From Elusimicrobia bacterium RIFCSPLOWO2_12_FULL_59_9 (GTDB lineage Bacteria > Elusimicrobiota > Elusimicrobia > O2-12-FULL-59-9), in NCBI GenBank assembly GCA_001800185.1, contig MGUX01000066.1, forward strand, positions 1 through 50,369: a stretch of DNA of 50,369 nucleotides. Direction: 5' to 3'. Position numbers and translations under genes: made by a program. The notes beneath the pieces were generated by a model. That model saw only the letters and a program-made list of their open reading frames with translations, searched no databases and had not been told where the DNA came from. Numbering within the stretch: position 1 is the stretch's first letter; each line of letters starts with the position of its first letter. This document shows positions 42,253-50,369 of the stretch, piece by piece.

Positions 42253-43400
42253 GCTCCGGCAAGCGGGTGAGCGGCGGCGAGCACTTCATGGTGGGCGATC
42301 ACGCCTGCGCCGAGGGGGCGCTCGCGGCGGGGCTTGAGTTTTTCGCCGGCTATCCCATCACTCCATCAACGGAGATCACCGAGCATTTGTCCCGCAGAAT
42401 GCCCGAGCTCGGCGCCAGCTTCGTCCAGATGGAAGACGAGCTCGGGAGTTTGGCCGCCGTCCTGGGAGCATCGGCGGCGGGAGCGCGCAGCATGACGGCC
42501 ACCTCGGGTCCCGGCTTCAGCCTGATGATGGAAAATATCGGCTTGGCCGCCATGATGGAAATTCCCTGCGTCATCGTGGACGTGATGCGGGGCTCGCCTT
42601 CGACCGGGCTTCCCACCGCGGTCGGCCAGGGGGACGTCATGCAGGCGCGCTGGGGCTCGCACGGCGATTACAGCATCGTTGCCTATTGTCCCAACTCCGC
42701 GCAAGAGTGCTTCGACCTGATGATCAAGGCCTTCAACACCGCGGATCAATACCGCATTCCCACGCTCGTCTTGATGGATGAGATCATCGGCCATATGACC
42801 GAGCGCGTCGTGATTCCGGAGGCGGTCAAAATCGCTTTTTCCGGCCGCAAGAGGCCGGTTAGGCCGGCTTCGGAGGCGGCTTTTCTCCCCTTTAAGGCCG
42901 ATGGAAACGGCGTTCCACCGATGGCCCATGCGGGCGAAGGCTACAAAGTCCATTTTACGGGCCTCACTCATGATGAAAAAGGCTACCCCGCCTTGAACGC
43001 CGAAGCCCACCGGATCTTGGTGACGCGGCTGATCGATAAGGTCCGTCTCAACGCTGCGGCGATCGTGGAATACGAGGGGCTGCATTTAGACGACGCCGAG
43101 GTCGTGGTCGTGGCGTACGGCTGCACCTCGCGTTCGGCCAGGCAAGCCGTGTTCACGGCCAGGGAAAAGGGCGTCCGGGTGGGACTGCTGAGGCCGATCA
43201 CCCTTTGGCCCTTTCCTGAGGATAAGCTCCGCCGCTTATTAAGGAAGGGGGAGGTGAAGCGATTCGTCGTGGCCGAGATCAACATGGGCCAGATTTCCAG
43301 GGAGGTGGAGCGCTTGACCCAGATTCCGGTGGCGCGCGTCAATCATCCCGGCGGAGCGATGATACTGCCCGAGGATATTTTGGAGGCCGCGCTTTCATGA
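42249..43400 (+). CDS. korA: 2-oxoacid (probably 2-oxoglutarate):ferredoxin oxidoreductase alpha subunit
   Basis: ATG 42249 (MSSGKRVSGGEHFMVGDHACAEGALAAG...GYPITPSTEI) gives 383 aa. The ORF-track N-terminal extension overlaps the delta gene. The gene order delta-alpha-beta-gamma matches OorDABC-type enzymes. Confidence 0.85.
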   Translation: MSSGKRVSGGEHFMVGDHACAEGALAAGLEFFAGYPITPSTEITEHLSRRMPELGASFVQMEDELGSLAAVLGASAAGARSMTATSGPGFSLMMENIGLAAMMEIPCVIVDVMRGSPSTGLPTAVGQGDVMQARWGSHGDYSIVAYCPNSAQECFDLMIKAFNTADQYRIPTLVLMDEIIGHMTERVVIPEAVKIAFSGRKRPVRPASEAAFLPFKADGNGVPPMAHAGEGYKVHFTGLTHDEKGYPALNAEAHRILVTRLIDKVRLNAAAIVEYEGLHLDDAEVVVVAYGCTSRSARQAVFTAREKGVRVGLLRPITLWPFPEDKLRRLLRKGEVKRFVVAEINMGQISREVERLTQIPVARVNHPGGAMILPEDILEAALS

Positions 43401-44302
43401 GCGTCGAGGGCGCAAAAATCGTCCCAAGTCATCATCTGGATTCGCTTTTCCGGGCCGATCGGCTGCCCCATATTCTTTGTCCGGGCTGCGGCATCGGGCC
43501 GGCCATGCATTGTTTTGCCCAGGCGATGCTGGACTCTGGAATACCCCTGGAGCGCCATGTGTGCGTTTCCGGAATCGGCTGCACCGGCCGCGTGGCGGGC
43601 TACGTCAACGTGGACTCCTACCATACGACCCACGGCCGGGCCATTCCTTTCGCGCTGGGCATTTCGGTCGTCCGGCCCGATCTTAAGGTCACGGTTTTCA
43701 GCGGCGACGGCGACCTCATCTCCATCGGCGGCAATCACTTCATCCATGCCGCCAGGCGCAACATCAATCTCAACGTCATCTGCGTCAATAATTTCAATTA
43801 CGGGATGACCGGCGGCCAAGCCGGGCCGACCACGCCTTTGGGAGCCAAAGCCGCCACCGCCCCTTACGGCAACGCCGAAAGGCCTTTCAGCCTTCCCTAT
43901 CTGGCGGCGGCGGTGGGAGCGACGTTCGTGGCGCGGTGGACGGCGCTGCACGTGCGGCAGCTTAAAGAGGCCATGGTCCGGGCCATGAAGAAAAAAGGCT
44001 TCACCTTCATCGAGGTGCTCGCTCCGTGCCCGACCGGCTTCGGACGTCCTAACAACATCGGCGACGGCCTGGAGGAGATGGAGCGCTACCGCAGCCGCTG
44101 CGTCGTCAATCACCGGGCGGCTCTGCATGAGCTGGACCTGGATTTGCGCCGCATCGACCAGCCGTTCATCCTTGGAAATTTTGTGGACATCGACCGGCCG
44201 CATTTCCGGCCGCCCGTGATCGAGCAGGGCCCCGCCGCGGAGTTTGGCCGCGACGACAGGAGCGCCGACGGCGGCGGCGCCGCCATGGAGGGGGCTCCAT
44301 GA
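43397..44302 (+). CDS. korB: 2-oxoacid:ferredoxin oxidoreductase beta subunit (TPP-binding)
   Basis: 301 aa with CPGCGIGP, SGIGCTGR and GDGD...NNFNYGMTGGQ (TPP/Mg motif). Confidence 0.9.
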   Translation: MSVEGAKIVPSHHLDSLFRADRLPHILCPGCGIGPAMHCFAQAMLDSGIPLERHVCVSGIGCTGRVAGYVNVDSYHTTHGRAIPFALGISVVRPDLKVTVFSGDGDLISIGGNHFIHAARRNINLNVICVNNFNYGMTGGQAGPTTPLGAKAATAPYGNAERPFSLPYLAAAVGATFVARWTALHVRQLKEAMVRAMKKKGFTFIEVLAPCPTGFGRPNNIGDGLEEMERYRSRCVVNHRAALHELDLDLRRIDQPFILGNFVDIDRPHFRPPVIEQGPAAEFGRDDRSADGGGAAMEGAP

Positions 44303-44838
44303 GGACGGAGATTCAAATCGCCGGTTTCGGCGGACAGGGCATCGTGTTGACCGGACTCCTTCTGGGCAAGGCCGCGGCGCTCTACGACGGCAAACAGGCG
44401 GTTTTCACGCAGTCCTACGGCCCGGAGGCGCGGGGCGGCGCTTCCTGCGCCAACGTCGTCATCAGCGACGCGCCCATCGACTTTCCTCTGGTCACCCGTC
44501 CGGACATCCTGGTGTGCATGTTTCAGGAGGCCTACGCCAAATTCCGTCCAGGCCTAAAGAAGGGCGGCACGCTGATATTGGACTCCGGCCTTGTCCGGCC
44601 CTCTCCCATGGACGCGTCGGCGCCGTCGATCTTCGCGACGCGCCTGGCTGAGGAGCTCGGCAAAAAAATAGTGGCCAACGTGGTGATGTTCGGCTATCTG
44701 GTAGGTTTGACCCGGGCGGTCAGCTTCGCGGCTGCGGAGAAAGCCATCGCTTCGACGGTCAAGGCCAAGACCGTGACCCTCAATTTGAAGGCTTTTGCCT
44801 TGGGATTGGATCAGGTCCGGAGCAAGGCGGCAAGATGA
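44299..44838 (+). CDS. korC: 2-oxoacid:ferredoxin oxidoreductase gamma subunit
   Basis: 179 aa with the typical start IQIAGFGGQGIVLTG...SYGPEARGG. It has 4-nt overlaps with both neighbours. Confidence 0.85.
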   Translation: MRTEIQIAGFGGQGIVLTGLLLGKAAALYDGKQAVFTQSYGPEARGGASCANVVISDAPIDFPLVTRPDILVCMFQEAYAKFRPGLKKGGTLILDSGLVRPSPMDASAPSIFATRLAEELGKKIVANVVMFGYLVGLTRAVSFAAAEKAIASTVKAKTVTLNLKAFALGLDQVRSKAAR

Positions 44839-47800
44839 GCGACTCGATTCTGGTCATCGGCGGCGGCATTGCGGGCATTCAGGCCTCTCTGGATCTGGCC
44901 GAGGCCGGGGCTCACGTGATCCTGATCGAAAAATCGCCCTCCATCGGCGGCAAGATGGCCGTGCTGGATAAAAACTTTCCCACCTTGGACTGCTCGATAT
45001 GCATCGAGGCTCCGAAGATGAGCGAGGTCGCCCAGAATAAAAACATCGAAATTCTCAGCCCGGCGGAGGTCGTCGGCTTGGAGGGCGGGCCGGGGCGATT
45101 TACCGCCAAGATTGTCAAGCGAAACCGCTTGGTCACCGACGAATGCACGCGCTGCGACCTGTGCTCGCAGGCCTGCCCCCAGGTTTTGCCCAATGAGTTC
45201 GACTCCGGCATGGCTTTTCGCAAGGCCATCTACACGCCCATCACACAGGCCGTGCCCGGCGCCTATTTGGTGGACTTGGACAATTGTCTCAACGATCCCC
45301 CCAATTATCTGCCGTGCCAGCGCTGCGTGGAGGCTTGCGGGCCGCGCTGCATCGATTTCGGCATGCCGCGCCAGGAGACCCTCGTGCGGGAGGCGGCTTC
45401 GGTCATCGTGGCCACGGGCTACGACCTCATGCCAGCGGAGCGCATCAAGGAATACGGCTACGGGACCCACCCCGACATTCTCACCTCCATGGAGCTCGAA
45501 AGGCTCTTGACCTCGGCCGGTCCCACGGGCGGCGAGGTCATACGGCCCTCGGACGGGCGGCATCCGCGCAACGCGCTTCTGGTTTTGTGCGTCGGCTCCA
45601 GGGACCGGCGCTTCTTCAGGCACTGCTCGCGCTTCTGCTGCATGTACTCCGCCAAGCACGCTTTCCAACTCATGGACCACGGGGTCAAGGACGTCACCGT
45701 TCTTTATATGGACCGCCGCGCCTACGGCAAAGGCTTCGACGATTTTTGGGCGCGCACGGCCCAAGAGGGGGCCAAATTCATTCGCGGCCGGCTGGCGGAG
45801 CTCTCGCCCAACGGGGAGGGCGGCCTCAGGGCCGTCTATGAGAGCACGGCGGAGGGTCGCCTCGTGAAGCAGGATTTTGATCTCGCCGTTCTGGCCACCG
45901 CGGTGCAGCCTTCGGCCGGCCTTAATGACCTTGCCAAGGCCCTGGGCGTGGAGACGGACCCCGACGGTTTTTTTAAATCGGAGGAAACCCAGGGGGGTTT
46001 GATCGCCAGCACGCGGCCCGGCGTGTATATCGCCGGCTGCGCCTCCGGCGCCAAGGACATCCCGGACTCGGTGGCCGAGGGCGGCGCGGCGGCGGTGCTG
46101 GCCTTGGGCCATTTGGATTCCCGGCATTGGGCCGAGGAGGAGAAGGCCGCGCCCATGAAGGGCGTCGAAACGCCGCGCGTGGGGGTTTTCATCTGCCACT
46201 GCGGCTCCAACATCGCGGGAGTGGTGGACGTCAAGCGCGTGGCGGAATTCTCCAAGAAAATTCCGGGCGTGGTCTACGCCCAGACGCAGATGTTTTCCTG
46301 CGCCGGAAACACCCAGAAGGACATCGAAAAGGCCATCCGGGACAACAAGATCACGCGCGTCGTTTTGGCGGCCTGCTCTCCCAAGACCCACGAGGTCACC
46401 TTCCGCGGCGTGTGCCGCAGGTCGGGCTTAAACCCCTATTTGCTGGAAATGGCCAACGTGCGCAATCAGGATTCCTGGGTGCATAAGGAGGACAAAGAGG
46501 CCGCTACCTTGAAGGCGATGGATTTGACCGCCATGGCCGTGGAAAAAGCCAAGCGCTTGAGCCCGCTGGAACCGACGCAGCAGCCGGTCTCGCAGCAGGC
46601 CCTGGTGATCGGCGGCGGAGTGGCGGGCATGACCGCCGCGGCCGCCCTGGCCCGCCAAGGCTACGTTACACATTTAGTTGAGCGCGGCCCTCGCCTGGGC
46701 GGCATCGTGGCCGATCTAACGACTTTGGCGCCTTCCGGCGTCAACGCCACGGAATTGATCGCGGCCTTGATCAAACAGCTCGACCAGACGGGCGTGCGCG
46801 TCCACACGCAGACCGCGGTGGAGCAGATCGGCGGCTACGTGGGCAGCTTCCATGCCCGGCTTTCCACGGGGGAGGAGTTGCGCGTCGGGGCCGTGGTGAT
46901 GGCCACCGGCGCGGCGCCTTACCAACCGACGGAGTTCGGCTGCGGGACTGACGCAAGAGTTTGGACCAACTTAGATTTGGAGCGGCGCCTGGCGGGCGGC
47001 GAGCTTGAGGGGGATAAGTTCACCTTCGTGGGCTGCGTCGGCTCGCGCAAGGGAAACGCCGGCTGCTCGCGCTACTGCTGCGCCTCCATGATCAGCCAGG
47101 CGCTGCACTTGAGGCGGCTGGGCAAGAAAGTGCGGGTGCTCTACAAGGACATCCGCAGCTTCAGCCGCAATGCCGAGGAGATTTACGAACAGGCATGCAG
47201 GGAGGGCGTCCAGTTTTTCCGCTACAATCCAGAAAAAGCGCCCGAAGAAGCCGTCCGTTTCGAGAATGGAAACGCGGTATTGTGGGACGAGTTGTCAGGC
47301 CGCGAGGTCCACATTCCCACCGACCGCCTGATTCTGGCGGCGGCTCTGACGCCGCAAAACGACGGCGTTGCCTCGCAGCTCAAGCTGGCGCAAAGCCAGG
47401 ACGGATTCTTGTTGGAGCGCCACCCCAAGCTGGGTCCGGCCGAAACGGCCTCGCAGGGCATCTACTTGGCCGGCTCGGCGCAGGCGCCCAAAGACGTGCG
47501 CGAGGCCGTGGCTCAGGCTCTGGCGGCCGCCTCCAAGGCTTCCGGTCTTCTGGCCAAGGACCACATAGAGAAGGAGCCGCTGACGGCCAAGCTTGACGGC
47601 GAAAAGTGCACGGCCTGCATGGCCTGCGTGCGCGTGTGCCCCTTCGGGGCGATCGAGCAGATGGGGAAAGTCAAGACGGGCTCGATCAATATCCTCGCCG
47701 CGCTGTGCATGGGCTGCGGCACCTGCGCCGCCCAGTGCAATTTCGGCGCCATCGACATGCCCTATTTCACCCAGGACCAGGTTCTTTCGCAGATCGACGC

Positions 47801-48401
47801 CGCCTTGAGCGACAAACCCGAGGAAAAAGCCTTGGTGTTCGCCTGCAACTGGTGCTCTTACGCGGGGGCCGATCAAGCCGGCATCGAAAAGGTCCAGTAT
47901 CCGGCCTCTTCGCGGGTCATCCGCACGATGTGCTCGGCCCGCATCGAGAAGTCCTTCATCGAGCGCGCTTTTGGAAAAGGCGCCGGAGCGGTTCTCATCA
48001 CCGGCTGCCGGCTGACGCTGCAAGGCTCCGACTGCCACTACAATTACGCCAACACCAATACGCTCAAGCGCTACCGGGCTTGGAAGGCGATGTTCGCCCG
48101 CAAGGGGGTCGCGGAGGACAGATTCCAGCTCCAGTGGATTTCGGCGGCGGAGGGAAAGGAGTTCGCGGCCAAGATGAAAGAGATGCATGCGGTGGTGAAA
48201 AACTACGCGGCGGCACTCTCCGCAGCCCCTTCGCGGAGCTCAGGGACGATGGAAACCCCAGAGGGGCGTGACGATCTGCGAGGTCCCGGATGCGCCGGCC
48301 CTTTCGCGGAGCTCAAGGACGATGGAAGCACCGGTGGTGCGAGACGTGGCGCGGCGGGACTCGGGGGCAAGGCGGCCCCGGCGCCCGCGGAGAAGATATG
48401 A
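44835..48401 (+). CDS. Giant HdrA-like flavoprotein: two HdrA-type FAD/FeS modules fused to a C-terminal MvhD domain
   Basis: 1188 aa with two dinucleotide-binding motifs (VIGGGIAGIQASLDLAEAG and VIGGGVAGMTAAAALARQG). HdrA Cys motifs are present (HCSRFCCMYS, GCSRYCCASM). There are ferredoxin clusters (CTRCDLCSQACP, CTACMACVRVCP, CMGCGTCAAQC). The MvhD-like segment is ALVFACNWCSYAGAD...ITGCRLTLQGSDCHY. Confidence 0.85.
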   Translation: MSDSILVIGGGIAGIQASLDLAEAGAHVILIEKSPSIGGKMAVLDKNFPTLDCSICIEAPKMSEVAQNKNIEILSPAEVVGLEGGPGRFTAKIVKRNRLVTDECTRCDLCSQACPQVLPNEFDSGMAFRKAIYTPITQAVPGAYLVDLDNCLNDPPNYLPCQRCVEACGPRCIDFGMPRQETLVREAASVIVATGYDLMPAERIKEYGYGTHPDILTSMELERLLTSAGPTGGEVIRPSDGRHPRNALLVLCVGSRDRRFFRHCSRFCCMYSAKHAFQLMDHGVKDVTVLYMDRRAYGKGFDDFWARTAQEGAKFIRGRLAELSPNGEGGLRAVYESTAEGRLVKQDFDLAVLATAVQPSAGLNDLAKALGVETDPDGFFKSEETQGGLIASTRPGVYIAGCASGAKDIPDSVAEGGAAAVLALGHLDSRHWAEEEKAAPMKGVETPRVGVFICHCGSNIAGVVDVKRVAEFSKKIPGVVYAQTQMFSCAGNTQKDIEKAIRDNKITRVVLAACSPKTHEVTFRGVCRRSGLNPYLLEMANVRNQDSWVHKEDKEAATLKAMDLTAMAVEKAKRLSPLEPTQQPVSQQALVIGGGVAGMTAAAALARQGYVTHLVERGPRLGGIVADLTTLAPSGVNATELIAALIKQLDQTGVRVHTQTAVEQIGGYVGSFHARLSTGEELRVGAVVMATGAAPYQPTEFGCGTDARVWTNLDLERRLAGGELEGDKFTFVGCVGSRKGNAGCSRYCCASMISQALHLRRLGKKVRVLYKDIRSFSRNAEEIYEQACREGVQFFRYNPEKAPEEAVRFENGNAVLWDELSGREVHIPTDRLILAAALTPQNDGVASQLKLAQSQDGFLLERHPKLGPAETASQGIYLAGSAQAPKDVREAVAQALAAASKASGLLAKDHIEKEPLTAKLDGEKCTACMACVRVCPFGAIEQMGKVKTGSINILAALCMGCGTCAAQCNFGAIDMPYFTQDQVLSQIDAALSDKPEEKALVFACNWCSYAGADQAGIEKVQYPASSRVIRTMCSARIEKSFIERAFGKGAGAVLITGCRLTLQGSDCHYNYANTNTLKRYRAWKAMFARKGVAEDRFQLQWISAAEGKEFAAKMKEMHAVVKNYAAALSAAPSRSSGTMETPEGRDDLRGPGCAGPFAELKDDGSTGGARRGAAGLGGKAAPAPAEKI

Positions 48402-49603
48402 GCGGGCCTGCGCCTGGAAACGGGGCGGTGTCGCTCGATGACGCCCGCTGGCAGGAGGTTCTGGAGGCGACCAACGGGGACGCTTGGCCGTGCTATCAGT
48501 GCGGAACCTGCACCGCCGTTTGTCCGTGGGGCCGGGTGCGGGAAGAGCCTCTCAACGTCCGGCGAATCATCCGCGCCGCCCAACTCGGCGTGGAGGAAGA
48601 CGGCCGGATGCTGTGGTTGTGCACCTCCTGCGGCGCTTGCGAGCCGCGCTGCCCGCGCGGGGTGCCCATCGTCCGCGTTCTCCGGGCGCTGCGCTCCCTG
48701 GCGTGGAAAAAAAGGCAGGTTCCAAAGGGACTTCCCTCCGTGTTGTGGGGAATTTATCAGGACGGAAACCCCTACCGCCTGCCGCCTTCCGCGCGCTCCG
48801 ACTGGGCCAAATCGCTGGAGGTGCGGCGCTTCCAGGCCGGCGATGAAATGCTGCTCTACCTCGGCTGCACGGCCTCCTACGACCGTCGCATGCAGAAAAT
48901 CGCCCGGGCGCTGGTCCGGTTGCTGCGCGAGGCGGGCGTGAGCTTCGGCACTCTGGGAGATGAGGAGCCCTGCTGCGGCGAGGCCGCCATGGCCCTGGGG
49001 CACGCGGCCTACGCCGCCGAGATCGCCGCGGCCAACGCGAGGCTTTTCGCCGCAAAGAAGGTCCGCACTTTGGTCGCGATTTCGCCGCATTGCTACGACA
49101 TGTTTCTCAACCATACGCCCCGGCTTGAGGCGGGTTTTAAGACGCTGCACTACACGCAGGTATTGGCTGATCTTCTCAAAGCGGGCCGCCTCAGCTTCAA
49201 GGGCAGCGTGCCCAAGCGAGTCGCCTTTCATGATCCCTGCTATTTGGGCCGCAGGAACGGAGAATATGAGGCGCCGCGCGAGGTGTTGAGGCATATCCCC
49301 GGCGTGGAATTGGCGGAGCTGGCCGAGTCCAGGGAAGGCGCTCTGTGCTGCGGGGCCGGCGGCGGCAGGATGTTTTTGGAGACGCCCGCGGCGGAAAGAT
49401 TTTCGCGGCTGAGGGTTCGTCAGGCCGGCGAGGCGGGCGCCCAGATTCTTGCCGCGGCCTGCCCGTTTTGCATTTCCTGCCTGGAAGACAGCGCCAACCA
49501 ACTTGAGGCCGGGCCGGCGGTGATGGATGTGGCCGAGTTGGCGCTTGAGGCGCTGGGCGCGCCCGCTCCGGCGCTCGGAACCGCCGTGCAAGGAGGCCGG
49601 TAA
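48398..49603 (+). CDS. HdrC/HdrB-fusion (HdrD/GlpC-like) Fe-S protein with two CCG domains
   Basis: ATG 48398 overlaps the hdrA-like stop and gives 401 aa. It has CYQCGTCTAVCP and CTSCGACEPRCP, then the CCG motifs EPCCGEAA and ALCCGAGGG. Confidence 0.85.
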   Translation: MSGPAPGNGAVSLDDARWQEVLEATNGDAWPCYQCGTCTAVCPWGRVREEPLNVRRIIRAAQLGVEEDGRMLWLCTSCGACEPRCPRGVPIVRVLRALRSLAWKKRQVPKGLPSVLWGIYQDGNPYRLPPSARSDWAKSLEVRRFQAGDEMLLYLGCTASYDRRMQKIARALVRLLREAGVSFGTLGDEEPCCGEAAMALGHAAYAAEIAAANARLFAAKKVRTLVAISPHCYDMFLNHTPRLEAGFKTLHYTQVLADLLKAGRLSFKGSVPKRVAFHDPCYLGRRNGEYEAPREVLRHIPGVELAELAESREGALCCGAGGGRMFLETPAAERFSRLRVRQAGEAGAQILAAACPFCISCLEDSANQLEAGPAVMDVAELALEALGAPAPALGTAVQGGR

Positions 49604-49604
49604 G

Positions 49605-50228
49605 GTGGCTGATTCCCTTTACGGAGCGGAGCAAGCCCGGGGCGTCTGGGTTTGGCTGGAGCACGATGGAGAGTTGCTGGCGAGCGTTTCCTTGGAGCTC
49701 CTGGCCAAGGGCCGCGAGCTCGCCGATAAAGCCGGCGAGCCGCTGACGGGATTTATTCTGGGACACGAGGCCGGAAGCTTGGCCGAGGAGGCGCTCTCCC
49801 GCGGCGTCGATGAGATCGTTTTGGGAGAAAACCCGCTTTTAAAGAATTATACCACCGACCTTTATTGCGCCGCCGCGGCCGAGGCGGTTTTGAAGCACAA
49901 GCCCAACCTCCTGCTGCTCGGCGCCACGCCCGATGGACGCGATTTGGCGGGCCGCTTGGCTGTCAGGCTCAGGACCGGCCTTACCGCCGATTGCACCAAT
50001 ATGGAGATGAAGCCGGAGGACCCGTCGCTGCTCTTGAGCGAGGTGACGGGTTTTGGCGGCGGCATCGCGGCCATCATCGCCTGCCTAAGCCGGTCTGGCC
50101 GACCATGTGCTCCTTTCCTATCCAGCCTTCATCCACCGCCACCCTTGAAGCGCCGATCTCCGCGCCAATCAGCCCGGCCAACTCCATCAGCAGGCCGAAC
50201 TCGCCCCGTATCCCCCGCCCTCCGATGA
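49605..50228 (+). CDS. etfA: Electron transfer flavoprotein alpha subunit (EtfA/FixB), N-terminal domain only; homology stops at 50084
   Basis: The GTG at 49605 lies 8 nt after AGGAGG. It reads GVWVWLEHDG...LLLLGATPDGRDLAGRLAVRLRTGLTADCT...GFGGGIAAIIAC. From 50085 onward the frame becomes Pro/Ser/Arg-rich nonsense. Confidence 0.7.
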   Translation: MADSLYGAEQARGVWVWLEHDGELLASVSLELLAKGRELADKAGEPLTGFILGHEAGSLAEEALSRGVDEIVLGENPLLKNYTTDLYCAAAAEAVLKHKPNLLLLGATPDGRDLAGRLAVRLRTGLTADCTNMEMKPEDPSLLLSEVTGFGGGIAAIIACLSRSGRPCAPFLSSLHPPPPLKRRSPRQSARPTPSAGRTRPVSPALR

Positions 50229-50369
50229 CCATAAATTTTGCTTTGGTGATGTCCACCTCCGCGCCGATGCTGCGCTCGACAATCTCGGCGCGCCTGGGGA
50301 CGCCCTCCAAACCCGGCGAAAACCGCCGCAGCGCGGCGCCGGGTTTTTTGGCGGGCGCGGCCGCCAAGA
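50074..50369 (-). CDS. Fragment encoding the EtfA C-terminal (FAD-binding) domain in inverted orientation; runs off the window edge
   Basis: The minus strand reads ...KAKFMVIGGRGIRGEFGLLMELAGLIGAEIGASRVAVDEGWIGKEHMVGQTG. Homology is lost at 50088 and a stop follows at 50074-50076. This region normally follows the N-terminal domain on the same strand. Confidence 0.65.
   Translation of the reverse strand, partial: LAAAPAKKPGAALRRFSPGLEGVPRRAEIVERSIGAEVDITKAKFMVIGGRGIRGEFGLLMELAGLIGAEIGASRVAVDEGWIGKEHMVGQTGLGRR

Noticed and set aside
1-50369. Searched for tRNA, rRNA, transposase, integrase, phage or defence genes, and for strong compositional islands.
   Set aside because: No T-loop or anticodon-arm-like structures were seen in the few intergenic gaps. 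No recognisable recombinase or transposase motifs appear in any frame. Composition looks uniform apart from short AT-rich promoter-proximal patches.

Overview
High-GC (roughly 60% by eye) bacterial chromosomal segment, densely packed with about 50 genes. I found no rRNA, tRNA, CRISPR array, transposase or integrase. All family calls come from motifs read in the supplied translations; no similarity search was run.

Almost the whole window is respiratory electron-transfer machinery.

Minus strand (1.6-33.6 kb):
- A haem and cytochrome c maturation operon: radical-SAM AhbD/NirJ-like, hemA, ccsA, resB.
- An ACIII-like set (pentahaem ActA-like, split molybdopterin-like plus FeS ActB-like, NrfD/ActC-like). 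It is preceded by an SPFH protein, two monohaem cytochromes and a Cyc2-like fused cytochrome-porin.
- A histidine kinase plus sigma54-dependent response regulator.
- A second, paralogous SPFH/ActA/ActB/ActC set, extended by a monohaem lipoprotein, a pentahaem and a tetrahaem cytochrome, and an FeS/NrfD pair.
- A Rieske / cytochrome b / cytochrome b-trihaem c complex.
- A NapC/NirT-like anchor separated by a single in-frame TGA from a signal-less 11-haem domain.
- A CbcL-like 11-haem c / dihaem b fusion.

Plus strand (33.7-50.4 kb):
- A monohaem lipoprotein.
- A decahaem MtrA/MtoA-like cytochrome with an MtrB/PioB-like barrel.
- A cytochrome c made of three tandem 291-bp copies.
- feoB, a DtxR-like regulator and a hemerythrin-like protein.
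- OorDABC-order 2-oxoacid:ferredoxin oxidoreductase.
- A 1188-aa HdrA-HdrA-MvhD fusion and an HdrCB/HdrD-like protein.
- An etfA gene that flips strand mid-gene at the window edge.

By eye I count about 66 haem c motifs in 15 proteins.

Eight near-identical sigma54 -24/-12 promoters head the operons. Two of them carry the same roughly 120-140 bp upstream module.

Main hypothesis: this is a sigma54-wired metal-oxidation or extracellular-electron-transfer island. It combines two outer-membrane conduits with six quinone-coupled membrane modules. Direction of electron flow and substrate are not readable from sequence.
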